From Armatimonadota bacterium (lineage in GTDB: Bacteria > Armatimonadota > Fimbriimonadia > Fimbriimonadales > GBS-DC): a stretch of 64,000 nucleotides of DNA. The position numbers and the translations under genes are program-made. Shown here in pieces: positions 8,628 to 17,150 of the stretch; within the stretch, counting starts at the first letter, position 1, and every line of letters begins with the position of its first letter. The notes beneath the pieces were generated by a model. That model did not search any database. It was not told the origin of the DNA and saw only the letters and a program-made list of their open reading frames with translations. The stretch spans positions 160,001 to 224,000 of the forward strand of contig JBBIML010000006.1 in assembly GCA_037444405.1 (NCBI GenBank), written 5' to 3'.

Positions 8628-11342
8628 CTATTCAAACTTCAGCACGAGGGTGGGTTCCAGCGGGTAGCAACCCATCGTGGCGCCGTAGATGGCAAGTCCG
8701 CCGGGCAGGTCGGGCGGCACGGTCAGGCGAACGGTCAGCACGCGCTCGCGTTGCAGCTGCGTTCGCAGGCGGTTGGAAACTTCGAGCGTGGCGGTGCGCC
8801 GATAGCCGTACGAGCCGCGCTCGACACCCGCCCAGTGCGACAGCACGCCACGCGCGTCGGCAGGGTCATCGGGCAGCTCCCAGCCTGTTATGCGTATGCC
8901 GTTGAGTGCCACCTCCACGCGCGAGAGGAACTTCTTGCCGTCGGTCTGCGGATAGTCGGCAGGGTGAACGCGCTGGCTCCAGTCGACCTTTTCGCGTCCC
9001 GCTTTCGCTGCTACCTCCATCACCAGCGTGATGCGCTGGAGCCTGTCCAGCGGCGCATCATCGGGCAGGCGCACCGTATACTCCACGAAGCCGTGTCCGC
9101 GCCCGTAATGCTTGCCCGCGATAGGGCTGGCGGGCGCGCTCTGCAGGCTGAACTCGCTGCGAGCGTAGTCGGTCGGGCGAAAGCGCACGATGAGCTGATT
9201 CGGGCTACGCCACTCGGTGGCAGGTATCTCATCCAGCGCGACCGCCCACTGCGTGTAGTTGATATGGATGCGCCTGCCACGCCTATCCTGTAGCCAGACG
9301 ACCAGCGTCGCCAGCGCGGGCTGATCGGGCAGAGCCACCTCCAGCGTCGCCAGTGGGGTCAGGCGGTACGCCGGCGGGCTGGCGATGCGCATGCGCTCCA
9401 CCTCGCCCTGATAGCGGTTGCCCAGCGTGTCCAGCCAGTCCAGCCGATAGCAGAGCGTGAGGGCGCCGCGCCAGCGCCCCGAATAGTGGCTGAACAGCAC
9501 GGGCACCTTCACGCGCTCGCCCCGCCGCGCCCGCTTGATGGCAGGCACATCCAGCACCAGAAAATCTTCCGCGAACAGATCAGCGACGGTCATCCCCTCC
9601 ACCCAGAAGTCGAACCCGAACTCTTTGGGCGAGCGGTCGTAGTTATACACGCCGTTATGCTCCCACTCGATGTCGGTCAGCTCGGTGTAGGTGTAGCCGA
9701 CCAGTTTATCGAGGCTGCGCAGGGCGTTCACGGCGGCGAGATTGCCCCACGACCAGTCGCCATCGCCGTCGCCCGCCGCCAGATAGCTGAACTCGTTATT
9801 GATGAACGGCTCACCGCGACTGACACGCCCGTCGATATAGTTCCAGCCTTTGCCGGCGCCAATCTCGCGCGCGTTGATCTGGCGATAATGCTCACGCAAG
9901 GCGTCCACATCGCGCCCGTACCAGTGGAACGAGTTCAGATCAGTCTCCAGATGCGACCAGCCGGAGTTATCGTGAACCAGCCGTGTGGGGTCTAACTGCC
10001 GCGCGAGCTGCACCATCTGCAGCACCCAGTCGACGCGATGGGCGCGGTCGGTGTTCGCCAGCGAGCCGATGCCCCACTCCTCGTTAAAAATCGTCCAGAT
10101 AATCAGGCTTGGATGATTGAAGTCGCGCTCGATCTGGTCGCGCATGGTGCGTTCGAACAGCTGGCGGGCGCGGGCGGTGGGCAGGTAGACGCAGGGGATG
10201 TCCGCCTGAACGAGGATACCCAGCCTATCTGCCCAGTAGAGCTTGCGCGGCTCGTCCGCCTTAATATGGATGCGCAACATGTTGAAGCCTGCCCGCTTCG
10301 CCAGCTCGATATCGCGCCGCAGAAACGCATCGTCGGGCGCGGTGTAAATCCCGCCGGGATTGAATGACTGATCCAGCACGCCACGCAGAAAGATAGGCTC
10401 ACCGTTGAGCAACACATAGCTGTAGTCAGAGCCGTTGTACCTGCCCCAGCGCACGGTGCGCAGTCCGAAATAGCCGCGCACTTCATCAAGCAGCGTCTGC
10501 CTGTCCGATGAGGGGCGCAGCTGCACGATGAACGGGTACAGCGCGGGCGTTTCTGGTGTCCAGAATCGGGGACGGGCGACCTTCAGGCGCAACTCCAGCC
10601 GGGTCTGATCCGCCGCGAGCGACGCGCTTGCCTGCCCAAACTGGCGATTGGGCGAGCGCACGCTGATATGCAGGGGCATCCCATCCTGCGTGCGCCCGAT
10701 TTCAATCTGCAATCGGACGGCGCCCGTGGGCACGCCGTCCGTGTCGCCCTCTATGAGAACCCGCCACCGTTCAACCCATGCCTCGCCCGTCGCTTCCAGC
10801 CACACGCTCTGCCAGATGCCGCTGGTGCTGGTGTACCATGTGGGGATTTGCTTGCCGAGCGGGGTTTCGGGGTCGGTGCGATCTTCCACGCGCACCACGA
10901 GCCGATTGGGGCGGTCGAAGCGCGCCCAGCGCGTGATGTCGAATCGGAACCCGGAGTAGCCGCCCTCGTGATCGCCCACCCGCTCGCCGTTCACCCACAC
11001 CTGTGCCGCCCAGTCGACTGCGCCGAAGCAGAGCCAGATGCGTTTGCCCTGCCATTCGGCTGGCAGGCTGAACTCGCGCCGATACCACGCGACGCCTTTA
11101 TAGTCGGTGCGCTGGATGCCGCTCAATCGGCTCTCCCAGCCGAAGGGCACGCGAATGCGCGCCTCAAAGGGCGTCTCACGGCGCATCCAGCCGTCGGTCA
11201 GCCCGCGATTGTCGGGGTCGAACTGAAACTCCCAGATGCCATCGAGCGAGTGCCACAGCGGGCGTTCAAAATCGGGGCGCGGATGCAAATCGGTCACGCC
11301 TGTCAGCGTCGCCAACGCCGCCATCGTCGCCATCCATGCCAT
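8628..11342 (-). CDS. Glycoside hydrolase family 2 (beta-galactosidase/glucuronidase-like)
   Basis: 'FGAVDW.A.VWVNG..VG.HEGGY..F', 'SGIWQSVWLE', 'GFNMLRIHIK', 'RDFNHPS.IIW.IFNE.WG'. Confidence 0.9.
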   Translation of the reverse strand: MAWMATMAALATLTGVTDLHPRPDFERPLWHSLDGIWEFQFDPDNRGLTDGWMRRETPFEARIRVPFGWESRLSGIQRTDYKGVAWYRREFSLPAEWQGKRIWLCFGAVDWAAQVWVNGERVGDHEGGYSGFRFDITRWARFDRPNRLVVRVEDRTDPETPLGKQIPTWYTSTSGIWQSVWLEATGEAWVERWRVLIEGDTDGVPTGAVRLQIEIGRTQDGMPLHISVRSPNRQFGQASASLAADQTRLELRLKVARPRFWTPETPALYPFIVQLRPSSDRQTLLDEVRGYFGLRTVRWGRYNGSDYSYVLLNGEPIFLRGVLDQSFNPGGIYTAPDDAFLRRDIELAKRAGFNMLRIHIKADEPRKLYWADRLGILVQADIPCVYLPTARARQLFERTMRDQIERDFNHPSLIIWTIFNEEWGIGSLANTDRAHRVDWVLQMVQLARQLDPTRLVHDNSGWSHLETDLNSFHWYGRDVDALREHYRQINAREIGAGKGWNYIDGRVSRGEPFINNEFSYLAAGDGDGDWSWGNLAAVNALRSLDKLVGYTYTELTDIEWEHNGVYNYDRSPKEFGFDFWVEGMTVADLFAEDFLVLDVPAIKRARRGERVKVPVLFSHYSGRWRGALTLCYRLDWLDTLGNRYQGEVERMRIASPPAYRLTPLATLEVALPDQPALATLVVWLQDRRGRRIHINYTQWAVALDEIPATEWRSPNQLIVRFRPTDYARSEFSLQSAPASPIAGKHYGRGHGFVEYTVRLPDDAPLDRLQRITLVMEVAAKAGREKVDWSQRVHPADYPQTDGKKFLSRVEVALNGIRITGWELPDDPADARGVLSHWAGVERGSYGYRRTATLEVSNRLRTQLQRERVLTVRLTVPPDLPGGLAIYGATMGCYPLEPTLVLKFE

Positions 11343-11441
11343 ATCCGTCCATGTGCCCCTATTGTACCAGAGGGAAGGGGTAATGACGCGAGGGAATCCT
11401 TCGTGAAGCCGAACCAGTATGAGAGGGTATTATCTTGGGTG

Positions 11442-12539
11442 ATGCACCGATTCGCCTTTGTGATTCATCCGATCGATGTGAAGCGGGATGCGGCGCGGAA
11501 GTATCCGATTGCCCGCTACCTGCCTGAGCGCTGGGTGGAGAGCCTGCTGAAGCGCAAGGAGCCGATGGTGGTCTCGCGCATCACGGGCATCCGTTCGCTC
11601 ACGGGCGTACAGACCGAAGGCTGGTTCATCGGTTGCCCGCTCTCGCCCCGCATGATGCTCTCGCTGCCGCTGGAGTTCGTGTATCAGAAGATTATCCGTT
11701 GCGGTCAGATTGCGCAGGAGCTGGGCGCGGAGATTATCGGGCTGGGCGCGTTCACCTCGGTGGTGGGCGACGGCGGCATCACGATTGCCCGCCACCTCGA
11801 TATCGCCGTCACCACGGGCAACAGCTACACGGTCGCGACGGCGATTGAGGGCGCAATCAGGGGTGCGGAGCTAATGGGCATCCCGATTGAGCAGGCAACG
11901 GTGGCGGTGGTGGGCGCGACGGGTTCCATCGGGCGCACCTGTGCGCAGGCGCTAGCGCCCGTCGCGGCACGAACCCTGCTACTGGGGCGTGATGCCAGCC
12001 GACTGGAGCCGATTGCCGACGAGCTGCGAGCCGCCGCGCACGGAACCGTGCAGGTCGCCACCGACTTAGCTCGCGCACTACCCGACGCCGATGTGGTCAT
12101 CACTGTTACCAGCGCAGTCGATGCGATTATCGAGCCAGAGCATCTGAAGCCGGGCGCCGTCGTGTGCGATGTGGCGCGTCCGCGCGATGTGTCGGTGCGG
12201 GTCGCCCGCGAGCGCGATGATGTGCTGGTGATCGAAGGCGGAGTGGTAGAAGTGCCCGGCGAGGTGGATTTCGGCTTCGATTTCGGCTTCCCACCCCGCA
12301 CCGCCTACGCCTGCATGTCCGAAACGATGATGCTGGCACTGGAAGGGCGTATCGAGAGCTTCACGCTGGGCAAAGAGGTGAGTTTGCAACAGGTGGAGAC
12401 CATGCAGGCGCTGGCACGCAAGCACGGCTTCCGGCTGGCAGGCTTCCGCAGCTTCGAACGCGCGCTCACCGACGCCGAGATCGAGCGCATTCGCGCGAAC
12501 GCCGGGCGCAAGCGGGCGCACGCTTACTCACCCGCCTGA
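11442..12539 (+). CDS. NAD(P)-dependent dehydrogenase related to long-chain acyl-ACP reductase (COG5322-like)
   Basis: 'FAFVIHP', 'GLGAFTSVVG', 'TTGNSYT', 'VVGATGSIG', 'CDVARPRDV', 'AYACMSETM'. Real start at ATG 11442; the upstream ORF extension is antisense to GH2. Confidence 0.75.
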   Translation: MHRFAFVIHPIDVKRDAARKYPIARYLPERWVESLLKRKEPMVVSRITGIRSLTGVQTEGWFIGCPLSPRMMLSLPLEFVYQKIIRCGQIAQELGAEIIGLGAFTSVVGDGGITIARHLDIAVTTGNSYTVATAIEGAIRGAELMGIPIEQATVAVVGATGSIGRTCAQALAPVAARTLLLGRDASRLEPIADELRAAAHGTVQVATDLARALPDADVVITVTSAVDAIIEPEHLKPGAVVCDVARPRDVSVRVARERDDVLVIEGGVVEVPGEVDFGFDFGFPPRTAYACMSETMMLALEGRIESFTLGKEVSLQQVETMQALARKHGFRLAGFRSFERALTDAEIERIRANAGRKRAHAYSPA

Positions 12540-12572
12540 AAGGGCGAAGTTCCGAGCAGTCCCGGCTCTCTG

Positions 12573-12588
12573 TGGCACAAAAGGTGCT
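12573..12588 (+). promoter_or_regulatory. Candidate sigma-54 -24/-12 promoter
   Basis: TGGCACAAAAGGTGCT has GG-N10-GC spacing and lies about 20 nt upstream of ATG 12609. Confidence 0.4.
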
Positions 12589-12608
12589 GAATGCTCCTGT
12601 GAGCCACC

Positions 12609-12908
12609 ATGTTGAAAGAGAGCTGGGGACTGATTCTTATCTGCACGGCTGACGCGCTCAGCACCTACTGGCTGATCACGAACGAACTGGCGACGGAGTT
12701 CAACCCGATTATGAACTGGGTGCTGGGCTTTGGCTGGGGCGCGTTCTTCGGGGTGAAGGGCGCGACCGTGATGCTGGCTGTCGGCTTCGCCGAGTGGTAT
12801 CGGCATCACAACCCGCTCTTTGTGCGCCGATGGACTCGCCTCTGCATCGGGCTGTATCTGACGCTGTGGACGCTCGGCGTGCTGACAGGCTGGCTCGTCG
12901 ACAGGTAA
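12609..12908 (+). CDS. Small membrane protein (DUF5658-like)
   Basis: Three hydrophobic segments; 'D..ST.......A.E.NPIM......G...FF.VK' pattern. Confidence 0.7.
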   Translation: MLKESWGLILICTADALSTYWLITNELATEFNPIMNWVLGFGWGAFFGVKGATVMLAVGFAEWYRHHNPLFVRRWTRLCIGLYLTLWTLGVLTGWLVDR

Positions 12909-12924
12909 ATCGGCTGATGGCTGG

Positions 12925-14535
12925 TTATAACGCTTCGGGCGGTTCGTCCTCCGCCTCTTCAGGGCTGATCTCATGCCCGTTAAAGCTGCGCTTGATGGCT
13001 TCGACCAGCGCCTCGCCTTCGAGGGTGGGTTGTGCGACGGGCGGCGGTGGGAGCGCCTGCGAGTCGCTTTCGGGCAGCACTTCCAGAATCACCTGCGCCT
13101 GCGGCATGTTCACCTGTTTGCGCACCATGTCGACGAGGGTGTTCTCGCGCTGGGGCGAATGGCGAAAATACTGGCGTGCCATCTCGCTGCGCAGGTAGAG
13201 GCGAACGGTGTTGCCCTCGATGTGCAGGCGCGAGCCATCCAGATTGCGCCCCCCGACAGGGCTTCTCTCCTTGAGTCGCTGGACGAAGGTGTGCCAACGC
13301 TGATTGATGGCGTCGGGTTCAGGCGCGGCAGGCGATTCTTCGGGTGTCGCTTCGGCGGGCGCAGTTTCGGTCGGCTGGGTCGGTTCGGCATGCGGTGCAG
13401 CGGGTTCAGCCACTGCAGGCACGGGTGATGGAGCGACAGTGGGTGCTGTTGGCTCGCTGGCGAAGGTGAGCAGGGTCAGCTCCAGCACGGCGCGCGGTGA
13501 GCCTGCCATGCGCATCTCGCTGAGCGTCTCCGCCATGCGCTCCCACCAACGCAGCAGGCGTGGCACGGTCGCCCGCACCGCCTGCTCCCGCATCGCGCCC
13601 CACTGCGCCGGGTCGTAAGCCTGCTGGCGATGGTCGCCCTGCACGGCTGCCTGAATCAGCGCACGCCAGTGCTGAATCAGCGATTCTGCCAGCACGCGCG
13701 GCTCGCGCCCCAGCCGCAGCTGCGCGTCGAGCGTGTCCAGCACGGCGGCGGCGTCGCCCGCTATCAGCGCGTCGGTCAGGCGCATCAGCGTCTCGTCTTC
13801 CAGCACGCCCAGCGCGTTATACACCGTTTCGGGCGTGATGGTGCCCTCGCTGAAGGCAATCACCTGCTCCAGCGCGGTGAGCGCGTCACGCCATGAGCCG
13901 TCCGCTGCCCGCGCAATCAGGTGCAACGCCGCTGGCTCCGCCTGCAGACCCTCCGCGCGAACCACATACTCCAGTCGCTTCACAATATCGGCAATCGTGC
14001 CCCTGTGGAAATCGAACCGCTGACAGCGCGAGCGGATGGTCGGCGGCACGCGATGGAACTCGGTGGTCGCCAGAATGAACACCACATGCGGCGGCGGCTC
14101 CTCCAGCGTCTTCAACAGCGCGTCGAACGCCTTCGCCGACAGATCATGCACCTCATCAATAATGTACACCTTATAGCGCGCCTCCATCGGGGGATACTTG
14201 GCGTTCTCGATAATCGTGGTGCGCACATCCTCGATGCTGGTCTCGGACGCGGCGTCCATCTCGATCACATCGACGCAGTTGCCTTCATGGATGGCGCGGC
14301 AGAATCGGCACTCTTTGCAGGGGTTCGGCGTGGGACCCTGCTCGCAGTTGAGTGCTTTGGCGAGCAGGCGGGCGGCGGAGGTTTTGCCCGTGCCGCGCGG
14401 TCCGCAAAACAGGTAGGCGTGCGCCCACCTGCCCTGCTGGATGGCGTTGCGCAGGGTGATGGTGACATGCGACTGCCCCATCAGCTCGTCGAAGTCCTGC
14501 GCCCGATATTTGCGATAGAGGCTGATATACGCCAC
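12925..14535 (-). CDS. dnaX: DNA polymerase III subunit gamma/tau
   Basis: 'SLYRKYR...F..L.GQ', Walker A 'GPRGTGKTS', Zn motif, 'IIDEVH', 'LLKTLEEPP', 'TIRSRCQ'. Confidence 0.97.
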   Translation of the reverse strand: MAYISLYRKYRAQDFDELMGQSHVTITLRNAIQQGRWAHAYLFCGPRGTGKTSAARLLAKALNCEQGPTPNPCKECRFCRAIHEGNCVDVIEMDAASETSIEDVRTTIIENAKYPPMEARYKVYIIDEVHDLSAKAFDALLKTLEEPPPHVVFILATTEFHRVPPTIRSRCQRFDFHRGTIADIVKRLEYVVRAEGLQAEPAALHLIARAADGSWRDALTALEQVIAFSEGTITPETVYNALGVLEDETLMRLTDALIAGDAAAVLDTLDAQLRLGREPRVLAESLIQHWRALIQAAVQGDHRQQAYDPAQWGAMREQAVRATVPRLLRWWERMAETLSEMRMAGSPRAVLELTLLTFASEPTAPTVAPSPVPAVAEPAAPHAEPTQPTETAPAEATPEESPAAPEPDAINQRWHTFVQRLKERSPVGGRNLDGSRLHIEGNTVRLYLRSEMARQYFRHSPQRENTLVDMVRKQVNMPQAQVILEVLPESDSQALPPPPVAQPTLEGEALVEAIKRSFNGHEISPEEAEDEPPEAL

Positions 14536-14556
14536 GGTGCGACCACCCGCCAGATT

Positions 14557-15465
14557 TTACCCTGCAGGGGGTTTCTGCTGGAAAATCTCGCCGTCGCGGC
14601 AGAAGTAGGCTTCGAATCGGTTGGGCTGGGTGGCAGCGCAGCCGAAGTCGCCGTCGGCACGGATAGCAATCACCGCCGCCTGATGCTCGACGACTTCGGG
14701 CAGGCGGCGCACCATCGATTGAATGACCTGCTCGCACGCGCGCTGTGCGGAGACGCCCTCGCGCATCAGTTCCACCACGCGTGAGCAGAGCGCGAACCGC
14801 CAGATTTCCTCGCCCATACCGGTGGCGACGGCGGCGCCCGCCTCGTCGTCGGCATAGAGACCCGCGCCCACAATCGGCGAATCGCCCACGCGCCCCGGCA
14901 TCTTCCATGCCAGCCCGCTGGTGGTGCAGGCCGCCACCACATGCCCCGCATGCCAGCCCAGCACCCCGACCGTATCGTGCGGCTCGTCGGCGGCTGACGC
15001 TGCCCGTACGACCGATACATCCTGCGGCGCCTGCTGCTTCTGATACCATTCGTACCAGCGGCGCAGCGATTCTTCAGTCAGCAGCGAGCGTGGCTGGAAA
15101 CCCTGCTGGAGGGCGAACCGCTCCGCGCCCTCCCCAATCAGCATCAGGTGCGGCGTCTGCTCCATCACGCGCTGGGCTATCTGGATGGCGGGCACGAAGC
15201 GTCGGATGCCTGCGACTGCGCCCGCGCGCAACTGCGTGCCCTCCATCAACGCGGCGTCCAGCTCCACCTCGCCTATCCGATTGGGCAATCCCCCCAGCCC
15301 AACCGACATCACATCGGGATCTAACTCCACCGCGGACGCGCCGGCGACCACCGCCTGGATCAGTCGCTGACCTGGCGGTGCGTCGGCTTGCTGCTGCCAC
15401 ACACGCCACGCCTCCGCCACCGCCCGCTGTCCAAACCACCATGTCGCTGCGAACAGGGTCTTCAT
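14557..15465 (-). CDS. N4-(beta-N-acetylglucosaminyl)-L-asparaginase (Ntn hydrolase)
   Basis: 'SVGLGGLPN..G.VELDA..M.G', autoprocessing site 'HDTVG', 'TSGLAWKMPGRVGDSPIVGAG'. Confidence 0.92.
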   Translation of the reverse strand: MKTLFAATWWFGQRAVAEAWRVWQQQADAPPGQRLIQAVVAGASAVELDPDVMSVGLGGLPNRIGEVELDAALMEGTQLRAGAVAGIRRFVPAIQIAQRVMEQTPHLMLIGEGAERFALQQGFQPRSLLTEESLRRWYEWYQKQQAPQDVSVVRAASAADEPHDTVGVLGWHAGHVVAACTTSGLAWKMPGRVGDSPIVGAGLYADDEAGAAVATGMGEEIWRFALCSRVVELMREGVSAQRACEQVIQSMVRRLPEVVEHQAAVIAIRADGDFGCAATQPNRFEAYFCRDGEIFQQKPPAG

Positions 15466-15603
15466 AGCAGGAAATGATTCACCCCGTTCCCCGTTTATCC
15501 TGCAGAGGACACGCCTGCACCTTCAACCCCACAACAGCACCGATTCACCTCCCTTAAGCAGGAATCGAACCTACCCATGTGAATCTCAACTGGGTGGACA
15601 ACT

Positions 15604-16182
15604 ATGGGCAACGAGGCACTGGCGCTTGAAGCGTACCGTGAAGCCATCCATCGCTGGTTTGTGCGCCACGGTCTGGACGCCTGCACCGCCGACGACCTGA
15701 CCCAGCAGGTGCTGCTACGCCTGCACGGTGCAATCGCGCGCGGGCAAACGCTGACCCACGCCTACATCACGGCTGCCTGCCATAACGTGCTGAACGACTA
15801 TCTCCGCCAGCGTCAGCGGGAGCCAGCCTGCCTCTCGCTGGAAGAGTGCTGTGCCTGCGCCGTCGTTGAGATAGGCTATGAGGCGGTGGAGACCCGCCTG
15901 CTGCTGGAACAGGCGTTAGCTCAGCTGGGCGTGCGCGAGCGAACAATTGTGGAGCTGCACTATCTGGAGGAGTTGCCGTTTGCGGTGATTGGGGAGCGTT
16001 TGGGCGAGCCAGAGGAGCGTGTGAAGAAGGCGTGTCAGCGCGCCATCAGGAAGCTGCAGAGATGGGCACAGGGTGGCGGGGGGGGGTGGACTCCTCCCGC
16101 TCGTCGGGAAACCCGTGCGGTAAGAAAGGCAGATGATGAGAGGGTTGTTGTCCCGCGAAGGGCTGTCCGAGCGTTTATATAA
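15604..16182 (+). CDS. ECF-type sigma-70 factor (divergent)
   Basis: 'ADDLTQQVLLRL', 'N.L.DYLR', region 4 'L..L..RERTIVELHY.EEL.F..I.ERLG.PE..VK....RA..KL'. Confidence 0.8.
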   Translation: MGNEALALEAYREAIHRWFVRHGLDACTADDLTQQVLLRLHGAIARGQTLTHAYITAACHNVLNDYLRQRQREPACLSLEECCACAVVEIGYEAVETRLLLEQALAQLGVRERTIVELHYLEELPFAVIGERLGEPEERVKKACQRAIRKLQRWAQGGGGGWTPPARRETRAVRKADDERVVVPRRAVRAFI

Positions 16183-16189
16183 TTGGAGG
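16149..16189 (+). promoter_or_regulatory. Copy 1 of duplicated motif TGTCCC-N17-CGTTTA followed by RBS
   Basis: TGTCCC (16149-16154), 17 nt, CGTTTA (16172-16177), then TATAATTGGAGG before ATG 16198. Confidence 0.55.
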
Positions 16190-16197
16190 GTTTACGG

Positions 16198-16635
16198 ATG
16201 AGCGAGATGATGGTGGCGAAGGCAGGTTTTCAGCGCTGGCATCGGTGGGCGGCGCTGGGATTGGTGCTGATAGGTTGTGTCTGGCTGGGTTGGCTGACAG
16301 TTCGGTCGCAGGTGTCGGGGTCGCGTTTGTGGCTGGTTGGGGCGCGGTACGACGCGGGCAAGGTGAAGCGAGGTGAGGTAATTCGGCAGAGGGTATGGGT
16401 TTTCAATCCATCGTTGGGGGAGGTAGTGCTGAAGGTGGAGCCGTCGTGTGGGTGCAGTGTGGTGGAGTTGCCGTATGATCGGCTGACGCCGTTGAACGGG
16501 TTTCCGGTGGAGGTTCGCATAGAAACCTGGGGTTTGCCGTTGGGGTATCAGGAGAAGGTGGCGGAGTTGAATGCGTTGTCTGGTGGGATTCGCTGGCAGG
16601 AGAGGGTGGTGATTCGGCTGGAAGTAGTGCCCTGA
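16198..16635 (+). CDS. Membrane-anchored DUF1573-like (Ig-fold) protein
   Basis: N-terminal TM; 'YDAGKV..GE......V.N......L.VEPSCGCS' typical of DUF1573; RBS GGAGG before 16198. Confidence 0.75.
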   Translation: MSEMMVAKAGFQRWHRWAALGLVLIGCVWLGWLTVRSQVSGSRLWLVGARYDAGKVKRGEVIRQRVWVFNPSLGEVVLKVEPSCGCSVVELPYDRLTPLNGFPVEVRIETWGLPLGYQEKVAELNALSGGIRWQERVVIRLEVVP

Positions 16636-16678
16636 TGTCCCCTGACGGGGTTTGGGAGCGTTTAATATAGATGGAGGT
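16636..16678 (+). promoter_or_regulatory. Copy 2 of duplicated motif TGTCCC-N17-CGTTTA followed by RBS
   Basis: TGTCCC (16636-16641), 17 nt, CGTTTA (16659-16664), then ATATAGATGGAGG before ATG 16687. Confidence 0.55.
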
Positions 16679-16686
16679 GAACGAAA

Positions 16687-17145
16687 ATGGCACGAAAAGC
16701 ATTGAGGAGACGACTGGTTGCTTCGGTGGTGTTCGCCACCTTATTAGCGTCACTCCCTGTATCTGTAATCCCGTCAGATGTGTGCGGGATTGCAAACACT
16801 GATATTAACCCGGCTGCGGTTATGCCGTGTCCTAATCCACCACCAAGTCAGACTTTGCCAGGCTATAAATGCGCTCCTTGGTTCTGGGCTAGCTGCCAGG
16901 ATATTCCCTGCCGCTGTACAACTTATACTTATTGCTATGGGCAAGGACGATTTCGTATCTGTGTTTCCGTCACAATATGCGAGGAGTTTGTCTCTACCCG
17001 AGCACAGTTCCCGCGCTGCTATCCGTCACCTGGTTCCACATGTACATACAACCCTCGCCCATGCGGCACGTATTATAAGTACTTTGGACGCTGTGGTGGC
17101 ATACGATTTTGGAGGTTCGATGGCTGGATTCTCTCCTGCGCTTGA
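16687..17145 (+). CDS. Secreted cysteine-rich protein (14 Cys)
   Basis: Strong RBS GGAGGTG, Arg-rich then hydrophobic N-terminus, 14 Cys in the mature part, ending '...LSCA'. Confidence 0.7.
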   Translation: MARKALRRRLVASVVFATLLASLPVSVIPSDVCGIANTDINPAAVMPCPNPPPSQTLPGYKCAPWFWASCQDIPCRCTTYTYCYGQGRFRICVSVTICEEFVSTRAQFPRCYPSPGSTCTYNPRPCGTYYKYFGRCGGIRFWRFDGWILSCA

Positions 17146-17150
17146 TAACA

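Noticed and set aside
10668..11441. N-terminal extension making a 623-aa ORF
   Set aside because: Lies antisense to GH2; family similarity begins at ATG 11442, which has its own -10 box.
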